The notes under the pieces are model-generated. The model did no database searches and was not told the origin of the DNA. It saw only the letters and a program-made list of their open reading frames with translations. Positions 40,328 through 48,093 of a DNA stretch of 48,093 bases are shown here, in pieces. The DNA lies in contig PANV01000004.1 of assembly GCA_002707765.1 (NCBI GenBank), positions 32,868-80,960 on the forward strand, written 5' to 3'. This DNA is from Fidelibacterota bacterium (GTDB lineage Bacteria > Fidelibacterota > Marinisomatia > SCGC-AAA003-L08 > D37C17). The position numbers and the translations under genes were made by a program. Position 1 is the first letter of the stretch; each line of letters starts with the position of its first letter.

Positions 40328-42141
40328 AAGTATATTTAAGATTATTGAGTTTTGTTAAACCATTTAAAATTTTTGTTTTTTTCTCTATCATATCTTCGGT
40401 TTTATATGTTTTAACCAATGGTTTATCGCTTTGGATTATTGGTTCATTACTTAGTTCAGTTATGAGTGATAGTATTACAAATCTTCAGACTATTAATCCT
40501 AACTCATTTACTGATCGAATAAATAATTTTTTATTTTCTTATATTAATACAAATAATAGAATGGATTTACTGAAGTTTTTAAGTTATTCATTACTTCTAT
40601 CTTTCTTTTTTAAAAATATATTTTTCTATATTAATAATGTATCTCTTTCGTATGCTCAAAATGGCATAATTGCTTCTATTAGAAATAAGATATTTATCAA
40701 GTATCAAAATCTTTCTTTAAATTTTTTTAAGAATAAAAAAACTTCAGATTTAACTTCAATATTAATTCATGATGTAGGAATTATAAAAAATACATTTAAT
40801 CAAACAGTTCAAAATTTATTTAATCAACCACTTAATGTATTATTTTTTTTAATAACATTAATATTAATTAATCTTCAATTAACTCTCATTTGTTTCATCG
40901 TAATACCTGTTTCAGTTTTTATAACAGTTAAATTAAGCGCTAGTATAAGAAGAAAAGCAATGCGTTCAACAAAGCAAACTGCAAAGCTCATGAATGTTGT
41001 TATCGAGAATATTTCTAATGTTAAAATTGTAAAAGCATTTACAAGTCAGTTAAATCAAATTAAGAAGTTCGATAAGTTTAATTCTAATCTATTTTCAAAA
41101 GAATTTAGACTTGAAAGTTTAAGATTTTTAAATACACCAATACTTGATATGATGGGAGCTTTGATTGGAGCATTATTATTGCTATTTGGCGGTAAACTTG
41201 TCCTTGTAAACCAAAGTTTATCTCCTGATGGATTTATTAAATTTTTTACATTCTTATTTGCAATGTTTCAGCCAGCAAAAAAAATTGCTAATGTTAATGC
41301 TGAAATAAATAGAGGAATATCATCTGCAGAGAGGGTTTTTAATATATTAGATACAACAGAGATAGAAGAATTTGATGATAACTCAAAAATTGAAATTGAT
41401 AAAATTGATAAGATTGATTTTAAAGATGTTACATTTTCATATGATAAAAAAGTTAATGTTTTAAAAAATATTAATGTATCAATAAAAAAAGGAGACTTTA
41501 TAGCTTTAGTTGGAGAAAGTGGATCAGGTAAAACAACATTTTCAGATTTAATCATGAATTTTCATCATTTAGAAAATGGAAATATAAATATTGATGATAT
41601 AGATATTAGAGATATAAATGTAAACTCTTTAAGGCAAAAAATTGGTTTAGTTTCTCAAGATAGTATACTTTTTAATGATACTGTTTCTAATAATATAAAA
41701 TTAGGAAGTCCAAAATCAAGCGATAAAGATATTTATGAATCAGTAAAAAAAGCTAATGCATTTGAATTTATTGAAAAAATGTCAGATAAATTTGATACTA
41801 ATATTGGCGAAAAAGGTATTAGAATTTCTGGTGGCCAAAAACAAAGATTAGCTATTGCTAGAGCAATTATTAAAAATCCTGATATATTAATTTTAGATGA
41901 AGCAACCTCTGCTTTAGATTCTAAGTCCGAGAAAAAAATTCAAGAAGCAATAGATTCTTTTTCTAATGAAATGACACTCATTATAATTGCACACCGATTA
42001 TCTACTATAAAAAAAGCTGATAAAATATTATTTTTTGATAATGGAGAGATTATAGAAAATGGCACTCATGAAGAATTGATGAAATTAAATGAAAAGTATA
42101 AAAAATTATACGATTTGCAGTTTGGGGTAAAGGATGAATAG
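40324..42141 (+). CDS. MsbA-like ABC exporter (fused TMD-NBD)
   Basis: Multi-TM N-terminus, then GESGSGKT, ISGGQKQR, ILDEATSALD, IAHRLST. Confidence 0.9.
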   Translation: MKVYLRLLSFVKPFKIFVFFSIISSVLYVLTNGLSLWIIGSLLSSVMSDSITNLQTINPNSFTDRINNFLFSYINTNNRMDLLKFLSYSLLLSFFFKNIFFYINNVSLSYAQNGIIASIRNKIFIKYQNLSLNFFKNKKTSDLTSILIHDVGIIKNTFNQTVQNLFNQPLNVLFFLITLILINLQLTLICFIVIPVSVFITVKLSASIRRKAMRSTKQTAKLMNVVIENISNVKIVKAFTSQLNQIKKFDKFNSNLFSKEFRLESLRFLNTPILDMMGALIGALLLLFGGKLVLVNQSLSPDGFIKFFTFLFAMFQPAKKIANVNAEINRGISSAERVFNILDTTEIEEFDDNSKIEIDKIDKIDFKDVTFSYDKKVNVLKNINVSIKKGDFIALVGESGSGKTTFSDLIMNFHHLENGNINIDDIDIRDINVNSLRQKIGLVSQDSILFNDTVSNNIKLGSPKSSDKDIYESVKKANAFEFIEKMSDKFDTNIGEKGIRISGGQKQRLAIARAIIKNPDILILDEATSALDSKSEKKIQEAIDSFSNEMTLIIIAHRLSTIKKADKILFFDNGEIIENGTHEELMKLNEKYKKLYDLQFGVKDE

Positions 42142-42787
42142 TGTTATCATTTTGGCTGGAGGTGAGGGCAAAAGATTAAATTCTCAAATTCCGAAACAAT
42201 TTATTAAAATAGATCATAGAAGAATTATTGATTTCTCAATAAATGAATTTAAAAAAAATAAAAATGTTGATGAGATTATTTTAGTTTTCCCCAAAAAATT
42301 CATTGATTCTTTTGGTAAAGAATATAAAGATTATAAATTAACACATGGTGGTAAAGAAAGAAATCATTCAACACAAAATGGCTTGTTATTGTGCTCTTAT
42401 AAATCTGAAAATGTTCTCATTCATGATGCTGCTAGACCCTTAATTAGTCAAAAATTAATTGATGATAGTATAAATCTTTTAAGTAAATACGATGCTGTGG
42501 CCCCTTATGTAGATATAGATGACTCATTAATAGAATTAGATACTAAAATAAAGTATCTTGATAGGAGTAAAATTAAATCAATACAAACACCGCAATCATT
42601 TAAAAAGAAAATTTTTGAAAAAGTAATTTTGAAATCAAAAAAAGGATATACCGATGATATGTCAGCTTTGATAAATCATAATCAAAATTTTAATGTAAAA
42701 TTTTTTAAAGGTAATAAATTAAATTTTAAAATAACTACTGATATAGATTTACATAATTTTAAAAATATTTTAAAAAATGAAAAATAA
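42134..42787 (+). CDS. IspD/TarI-family polyol-phosphate cytidylyltransferase
   Basis: ILAGGEGKRL, PKQF, GGKER, LIHDAARP, QTPQSF, TDD, NFKIT. Confidence 0.88.
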   Translation: MNSVIILAGGEGKRLNSQIPKQFIKIDHRRIIDFSINEFKKNKNVDEIILVFPKKFIDSFGKEYKDYKLTHGGKERNHSTQNGLLLCSYKSENVLIHDAARPLISQKLIDDSINLLSKYDAVAPYVDIDDSLIELDTKIKYLDRSKIKSIQTPQSFKKKIFEKVILKSKKGYTDDMSALINHNQNFNVKFFKGNKLNFKITTDIDLHNFKNILKNEK

Positions 42788-43619
42788 AATATCAATAATA
42801 ATATCACATTATTACCCTGATACTAAAGATTTTAAAAATCCATTATTAGAAACTTTAAAATCTATTGATAAAGAGAATCTAGACCCTAAAAATTTTGAAG
42901 TTATAATTGCGGATGATGGATCTCATTATTCAAAATCAATAATTGATAATTATAGTAAAAAAATAAAAATCAAAAATGACTCACGTTCTATTTATTTAGC
43001 TGAAAATGAAAGTTTGAATCATTTTTTTAAAAAAAAATTCGTTCAATATGATTTTATAAAGAAATGGATTTATTTACCTAAACTTAAAAGTTGTATGTCA
43101 AAATCAAGAGTTCTTAATTATGCTGTAAAAAAATCATCATTTGAGAATTTATTATTTTTAGATGATGATAATTATTTTATTTCTGATAACTCAATTGCAC
43201 ATACAATGCAATTATTCAATGATTACAACTTTATTGTTGGCCAAATAAAAGATAATAACGGTAGACTTAGAAAGTTTACAAGCAATAGAGTTCAGGGTAC
43301 TACCATTGCAATAAATAAGAAAATTTTATTGGATGTAGGGGGTTTTGGAGAGTGGACAGAAGAATTTTCTTGCGGAATTGATTCTGATTTATGGATTAAA
43401 CTTTTCAATCATTATAAACACAATCAATTTAATGCATGTTTTACAAATAAAATTTCTACATTTGATAGTCATTCAAAAAGATGGGGTAAATATACTTCTT
43501 TATTTAAAGATTTCAAGTTAAAGAAAAAGTTTTTTGAACTGTATAGTTGTAAAAATTATAAAAGCAAGATACATAATGAATCTAGAAATAAAATATTATG
43601 GATAAAAAATATAATTTAA
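42777..43619 (+). CDS. Glycosyltransferase family 2, divergent
   Basis: ISIIISHY, EVIIADDGS, SRVLN, LLFLDDD, VGGF, GIDSDLW. Confidence 0.75.
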   Translation: MKNKISIIISHYYPDTKDFKNPLLETLKSIDKENLDPKNFEVIIADDGSHYSKSIIDNYSKKIKIKNDSRSIYLAENESLNHFFKKKFVQYDFIKKWIYLPKLKSCMSKSRVLNYAVKKSSFENLLFLDDDNYFISDNSIAHTMQLFNDYNFIVGQIKDNNGRLRKFTSNRVQGTTIAINKKILLDVGGFGEWTEEFSCGIDSDLWIKLFNHYKHNQFNACFTNKISTFDSHSKRWGKYTSLFKDFKLKKKFFELYSCKNYKSKIHNESRNKILWIKNII

Positions 43620-44146
43620 CTCAATTTTCTCATAGTCTTACTTTAGATCAATCAATTAATGTTAATATTAAAATAAAATCATGCTTAGAAGAGTTAGATG
43701 TAAATGAATTTATTAATTTTTACAAAATAAGTAATTTTTGGACTGGAAAATTTTTTATAAAGAGAATAATTAATAAAATTTTTAAGTATCAAATTAAGAA
43801 AAAAATGATTTGGAATAAAAACTTTTGGAGTTTAGTTAATATTAGGGTTTTTAATACAAGTATGAGTATAAATGAGAATTTAGATTTAGAAAAAGTTTTG
43901 ATTCATAAGACTTCTAATAAGAGGTATAGTGATATAATAAAATATAAAAATTTTTTACTTAAAGATAAAAATATGGGAATGCCACTATATATAACGGGAA
44001 AATCTTTAAATATATTAGGAGCAAAATTTAGATCAAATGAAGTTTTTATTTTGGATGGCTCTAGAAGGTTATCTGCAAATATTATTTTAGGTAAAAATCC
44101 ACAAATTATTATAATTGAAGCAAAAAATAAACTAAATGAAGAATAA
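43598..44146 (+). CDS. Hypothetical protein with ParB/sulfiredoxin-like core
   Basis: PLYI...VFILDGSRRLSANIILG...IIII resembles the ParB/Srx pattern P-I-V...I-DG-x-R-R-x-x-A...LG. No HTH is visible. Confidence 0.55.
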   Translation: MDKKYNLTQFSHSLTLDQSINVNIKIKSCLEELDVNEFINFYKISNFWTGKFFIKRIINKIFKYQIKKKMIWNKNFWSLVNIRVFNTSMSINENLDLEKVLIHKTSNKRYSDIIKYKNFLLKDKNMGMPLYITGKSLNILGAKFRSNEVFILDGSRRLSANIILGKNPQIIIIEAKNKLNEE

Positions 44147-44918
44147 AAATCAAATTTTGATTGATAATAATGAATTATTAAAAATTATTCAAAAATCAAT
44201 TAATAACAATACACCTTTGTCAGTTATTAGAAAAGGAGATGGAGAAAATGTAATTATTGGATTTAATGTAATCCATGGAATTAAAATTATCAAATATTTA
44301 AGAAAATTAAGGCATTTCAATATCAGATTATTCAATTTAAAATTTCAGAAATTTTTGAAGAAAGAATTAGTTAAGTCTTTTTTAAATGCTGATTATCTTG
44401 GTGTAGCAAAAGATCATTCATACAGTAGTATACGTAAGTTTGATAAATCTATATCTCAATATTATAAATTTAATACAAAGAATTTCGTTGATAGTCACTT
44501 CCATTTAGAATTTGTTAAAAATCCTAATAATCATGATTTAATAAATGAAAATGCTCAGAAAATTATATCAAATAAAAACATTGGATTGATTTCACATAAA
44601 AATATTAAGTCTTTTTTGAATTACCATAATTCTAAACTTATTGTGCAATATCATCTGCCTCAAAGAGATGCTGGACCATTTAATAAAATGGATTTTAAAA
44701 AATATTATAATATAATTGAGGGTATTGAGAAGAATAATCAAAATGTGGATATATGGTTATTAGCTGCGGGTCCTTATGCTAAATTATTTAGTAATTATAT
44801 AAAAATAATTGGAGGCATTGGATTAGATCTTGGTTCTGCGGTAGATACGTGGGCAGGAGAGTATCATAGTAGAAAATATTTGAGAGAAATATTTGATAAA
44901 AAAAGTTTAAAAAACTAA
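44136..44918 (+). CDS. GT-D fold (DUF1792-like) glycosyltransferase
   Basis: LSVIRKGDGE, ADYLG, DIWLLAAGPYAK, GGIGLDLGSAVD are the characteristic GT-D motifs. Confidence 0.75.
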   Translation: MKNKNQILIDNNELLKIIQKSINNNTPLSVIRKGDGENVIIGFNVIHGIKIIKYLRKLRHFNIRLFNLKFQKFLKKELVKSFLNADYLGVAKDHSYSSIRKFDKSISQYYKFNTKNFVDSHFHLEFVKNPNNHDLINENAQKIISNKNIGLISHKNIKSFLNYHNSKLIVQYHLPQRDAGPFNKMDFKKYYNIIEGIEKNNQNVDIWLLAAGPYAKLFSNYIKIIGGIGLDLGSAVDTWAGEYHSRKYLREIFDKKSLKN

Positions 44919-45521
44919 TTATTTTTCTTTGAATATAGTAAATTCAGTTAAGTCCCTATACCCTCCATATTCACCTAAATCATCCTTATGTTTAGGATAA
45001 TTTTGCATTAGAGCCAAGCCATGTGCTGCTTGCTGGGGTGTCATATACATATTCCAACCCAACATATCAATATCATCATCTTTATAAAACTTTTCACTTC
45101 TTCCTTCATATCTTGCTTTTTTAAACCATTCAAATGCTTTTTTATCATCAGTTAATATCATACCACCCTTACCAATGCCAAGCTGTTTTTTTATATGGAA
45201 AGATAAGCACATATATGATTTTTTAATATACATATTAGAAGTAAGTCTTTTAGCTGCATCATAAATTGGATAAGGTTTTAATCGGTAAATCCCACTCCAA
45301 TGAATATCTTGAAAAATAACATTGCCTCCAGCATGTATTACAGACATTGGTACAGAGACATATGTATGCTTTGGAATAATGACATCTTTCACCTGCAAAT
45401 ATTTACAACACAAAAATAATGCATTTGTACAACTATCAACTGAAACTGCATATTTTGCACCAGTATATGCTGCAATTTCTTCTTCAAGCATTTTAACTAT
45501 TTTATAAGGGTTATTTTTCAT
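44919..45521 (-). CDS. DegT/DnrJ/EryC1/StrS PLP aminotransferase, minimal 200-aa form
   Basis: EEEIAAYTGAKYAVSVDSCTNAL, IPKHTYVSV, YDAA, LSFHIKKQL (PLP Lys), GKGGMILTDD, GWNMYM. Confidence 0.82.
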   Translation of the reverse strand: MKNNPYKIVKMLEEEIAAYTGAKYAVSVDSCTNALFLCCKYLQVKDVIIPKHTYVSVPMSVIHAGGNVIFQDIHWSGIYRLKPYPIYDAAKRLTSNMYIKKSYMCLSFHIKKQLGIGKGGMILTDDKKAFEWFKKARYEGRSEKFYKDDDIDMLGWNMYMTPQQAAHGLALMQNYPKHKDDLGEYGGYRDLTEFTIFKEK

Positions 45522-45690
45522 TATTAAGTTTGATATTTTTTAACAAAATTCACATTTAATGTTAAAGTATCTTACTGAAGAATCAAAGATGTTTGATACT
45601 TTCTTAAGAATTTTAAAAATCATTAAGTTATTTTTCTATTTAAATCACTTTTGATTGATGCCTAACTTTATCTAATATCAAACTTATTAA
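45521..45690. repeat. 170-bp non-coding element bounded by inverted repeats
   Basis: TAAGTTTGATATT (45525-45537) and AATATCAAACTTA (45674-45686) are perfect reverse complements, extendable to 16/17 bp. Confidence 0.55.
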
Positions 45691-45728
45691 ATCGAATATA
45701 TAAATTTGATTATATTTGTATCAAGTAT

Positions 45729-46862
45729 TTAATAATTATCCTTATTCATCAAATCACTATATGCTATTATACAGATTTTTTTATCTTCATCATAAAACTT
45801 AGCAACACTAAGAAAAATTCCATTTTTTAAATAAGGAAATGATATTTCGACCTCATAATTATGATCTGGATAAAGTGGTTTAAAAAACTTATATCTATAG
45901 CTCATGAATAATGTCCCATGTCCTGGATTATCAATTCCATGATATTTGGACATAAATGCATTTGCTATGATACCATGTGCAATAGTATCCTTAAATCCTA
46001 GTTTTTTTGCACTTTCTTTATCAAAATGAATAGGATTAAAATCACCACTAATTTTCCCGAAATTTTCAATATCAGTGTGGGATATTTTTAGTTTAATGGA
46101 ATTTTTTTTAATATCTGAGTAGCTTAAAAAAGAGTTAATATGTATTGTAGATAGAGATTCTCTCATAAAAAATCCTTCTCTTGACCACACTTTTTGCACT
46201 GCAAAATTTTGAACTTGGGTAGAAACTCTCATTCTACCAATACCTAAACGTTTAAAATACGATTGTGTAAAACGGATAATATCTCCATATAGCCCAGCAC
46301 CTGAAAAATCTGAGTCTATTCCGTATAAGACTCCTTCTGAAATATTATTTTTCTTGCTAAAAGAGCATGTTGCGAAACCAATATTCAAACCATTTTTTTT
46401 TACAAACCAAGCAATTTGTCCCTCATTTTTTTCACAATAACCAATTACCCACTCAATATATCCTTTAGTTATATCAGATTTATTTAAATATTTATTAGAA
46501 AAATAGTTATTGGTGTAGTTTCTAAATATTTTAGGGATTAATCTCCTAACTTCATTTTTATCAACCTCTGAATTCTCAATAATCTTAAAGGTAACGTCTT
46601 TGTTAATTAATTCTTTTGGTTCATATATTTTTAAATCAGAATAATAATATACTAATGTGTCAGTTTGTAAATATGGCATTCCTAACAAATCTAATTTTTG
46701 AATTTGATTAGATTTGTTAGATGGTATTCTTAAAAAAACAATATCAGCTTCATTGTCAATAATATTTTTTTGTAATAACTTAACATCAATATCTTGAGTT
46801 TGAATTTTAAAAATCTTTTTCTGAAATCTATCAGATTCTAATTTAGAATATTCGAAATTCAT
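45729..46862 (-). CDS. WecD-like GNAT N-acyltransferase fused to MaoC-type (R)-hydratase
   Basis: N-terminal GNAT (YIEWV, IGFAT, LYGID..FSGAGLY, VSTQVQNFAVQKVWSREGF) and C-terminal hot-dog domain (FGKISGDFNPIH...IAHG...PG.G..F...F.KP). Confidence 0.8.
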   Translation of the reverse strand: MNFEYSKLESDRFQKKIFKIQTQDIDVKLLQKNIIDNEADIVFLRIPSNKSNQIQKLDLLGMPYLQTDTLVYYYSDLKIYEPKELINKDVTFKIIENSEVDKNEVRRLIPKIFRNYTNNYFSNKYLNKSDITKGYIEWVIGYCEKNEGQIAWFVKKNGLNIGFATCSFSKKNNISEGVLYGIDSDFSGAGLYGDIIRFTQSYFKRLGIGRMRVSTQVQNFAVQKVWSREGFFMRESLSTIHINSFLSYSDIKKNSIKLKISHTDIENFGKISGDFNPIHFDKESAKKLGFKDTIAHGIIANAFMSKYHGIDNPGHGTLFMSYRYKFFKPLYPDHNYEVEISFPYLKNGIFLSVAKFYDEDKKICIIAYSDLMNKDNY

Positions 46863-46864
46863 GT

Positions 46865-47587
46865 TTATTTTTTTTTAACTATTATTTTATACATCCATGT
46901 CCATTTTTCTTTTTTTTCTAATTTGTCCAAAATATAACTAACTCTTTGAATAATGAAGCCTAATAATGGAATTATCTGTGTTATTTTAATAATTCCTTTA
47001 TTGTATCCATATATTTTGTAAACAAAAAGCTGACCAAAAGTAACCCAAAAACCGGACAAAGCCTTGATTTCTAAAATTTCAAAACCGACTTTATTAAAAA
47101 GATATCTTAATCCATATTTACTAAATCTATAAAAATCTCTAGGAGCTTCATGTACATGCCATATGAAAGGAACTGTGTAAATTGCCACACCCCCTTTATT
47201 AAGTACTCTATAGCATTCTTTTAAGGCTAATTCAGGTTCTTCGAGATGCTCTAAAACAGCAGTACAAATTGCTGAATCAAAACTATTATCTTTAACAGGT
47301 ATTTCATATGCAGTACCAAATAGATCAATATTAGTTTTATCATGAAATGTTTCAATATGATCTAAGCCTACATGTGAATCAACAATTTTTTTTAACATTT
47401 TTTTATATTGTTTTTCTCCACATCCAATATCAATTAGAGAACCTCTTAGATATTTTTTTGCAGATTCACATAAATACTTATCATGAATATTATATACTAA
47501 CCAATTTTTTTTAAATTGATTCCTAAAAAAATAGGTTAATATTTTCATACAAATAATGAATAATAATATTTTGATGTAAATATTCAT
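46865..47587 (-). CDS. Class I SAM-dependent methyltransferase (Methyltransf_11), glycan-locus type
   Basis: LIDIGCG, SFDSAICTAVLEHL, RVLNKGG, VPFIWHVHEAPRDFYRFS. The start may be at 47548. Confidence 0.85.
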   Translation of the reverse strand: MNIYIKILLFIICMKILTYFFRNQFKKNWLVYNIHDKYLCESAKKYLRGSLIDIGCGEKQYKKMLKKIVDSHVGLDHIETFHDKTNIDLFGTAYEIPVKDNSFDSAICTAVLEHLEEPELALKECYRVLNKGGVAIYTVPFIWHVHEAPRDFYRFSKYGLRYLFNKVGFEILEIKALSGFWVTFGQLFVYKIYGYNKGIIKITQIIPLLGFIIQRVSYILDKLEKKEKWTWMYKIIVKKK

Positions 47588-47641
47588 AGCTAATTTTAAT
47601 TACATATGTAATATTTATTTATGTTTTTTTATACATTATGA

Positions 47642-48093
47642 TTATTTCCAAAAATTTAACTTCAACCAATCATCATTATTTTGAAAAATCTCTTTAATAC
47701 TATCATGAACTTCATTTTGAATAGTGCCTATTTTCTTAGATTCTTCATAAATTAAATCAATCATATGGTTTAGATCTCTATATTCTAAAACATTTGTGGC
47801 ACCACCTTGATTTTGAGCAATTGTTTTTCTTCCCATATGTGCTAATTCCCACATAGTTGTTGACCCACCTCTAATATTTGGTTTTACAAAGATAAAACAA
47901 TCATTATAATAATTTTCAACTAATGATTTAAAATTTACATGTGAATTACCTTTTACCCATATAACTCTATTTTCACCAAAATTTTCAATTAATGGAATAA
48001 TTACTTCATCAAATTTAAAATATTCATATCTTTTATTATTAGGTTGCCCAATATAAACATAAATATTCTTACCTAGCTTAGTTGGTTTTAAAT
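47642..48093 (-). CDS. GT-B (GT4-like) glycosyltransferase, C-terminal part (starts beyond the window)
   Basis: Frame is open to the window edge. YNDCFIFVKPNIRGGSTTMWELAHMGRKTIA resembles the GT4 donor-binding motif (ADIFVLPS..EG....EA...G.PVI). Confidence 0.55.
   Translation of the reverse strand, partial: LKPTKLGKNIYVYIGQPNNKRYEYFKFDEVIIPLIENFGENRVIWVKGNSHVNFKSLVENYYNDCFIFVKPNIRGGSTTMWELAHMGRKTIAQNQGGATNVLEYRDLNHMIDLIYEESKKIGTIQNEVHDSIKEIFQNNDDWLKLNFWK

Noticed and set aside
45561..45666. GCCTAAC and GTTAAAG as possible integron attC core sites
   Set aside because: They are in the wrong order for attC on either strand, one is non-consensus, and no integrase or cassette array is present.
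1..48093. Alternative genetic code, CRISPR array, IS elements or prophage
   Set aside because: Conserved genes are uninterrupted under code 11 with TGG for Trp and normal stops. No spaced repeats, transposase or phage genes were recognised.

Overview
Very AT-rich, densely packed bacterial chromosome segment (many overlapping or abutting genes, standard genetic code, several TTG starts). Gene content suggests a streamlined diderm of the FCB group, most plausibly Ca. Marinimicrobia/SAR406; this is an inference, not a search result. In order: 3' end of an Omp85/BamA-family gene, rnhA, two secreted dockerin-tipped proteases (lysyl-endopeptidase-like S1 and Kgp-like C25), a long OstA/LptA-LptD gene, a degenerate PTS IIA, hisS, xth, a TrmH-family methyltransferase, ggt, valS, recG, a DUF2723/TMEM260-like GT-C plus a GT2, a Na/Ca antiporter, tRNA-Leu(TAG), a patatin-POTRA-barrel protein, grxD, a complete Rrf2-sufA-sufBCD-sufE-sufT-sufS operon with a clear operator, long-form phhA, an lpxL-like acyltransferase, cobT-cobS-cobC, a short neuB, tsaC, an msbA-like ABC transporter and the start of a surface-glycan region (IspD/TarI, GT2, ParB/Srx-like, GT-D, short DegT, GNAT-MaoC fusion, methyltransferase, GT-B). 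No CRISPR, transposase, integrase or prophage was seen. Best leads: the dockerin-tagged, probably Lys-specific protease pair; the IspD-GT2-ParB-like-GT-D cassette; the GNAT-MaoC fusion; the LptA-LptD fusion with a Cys-repeat insertion; a candidate CRP-controlled sRNA; and an isolated cobamide lower-ligand module.
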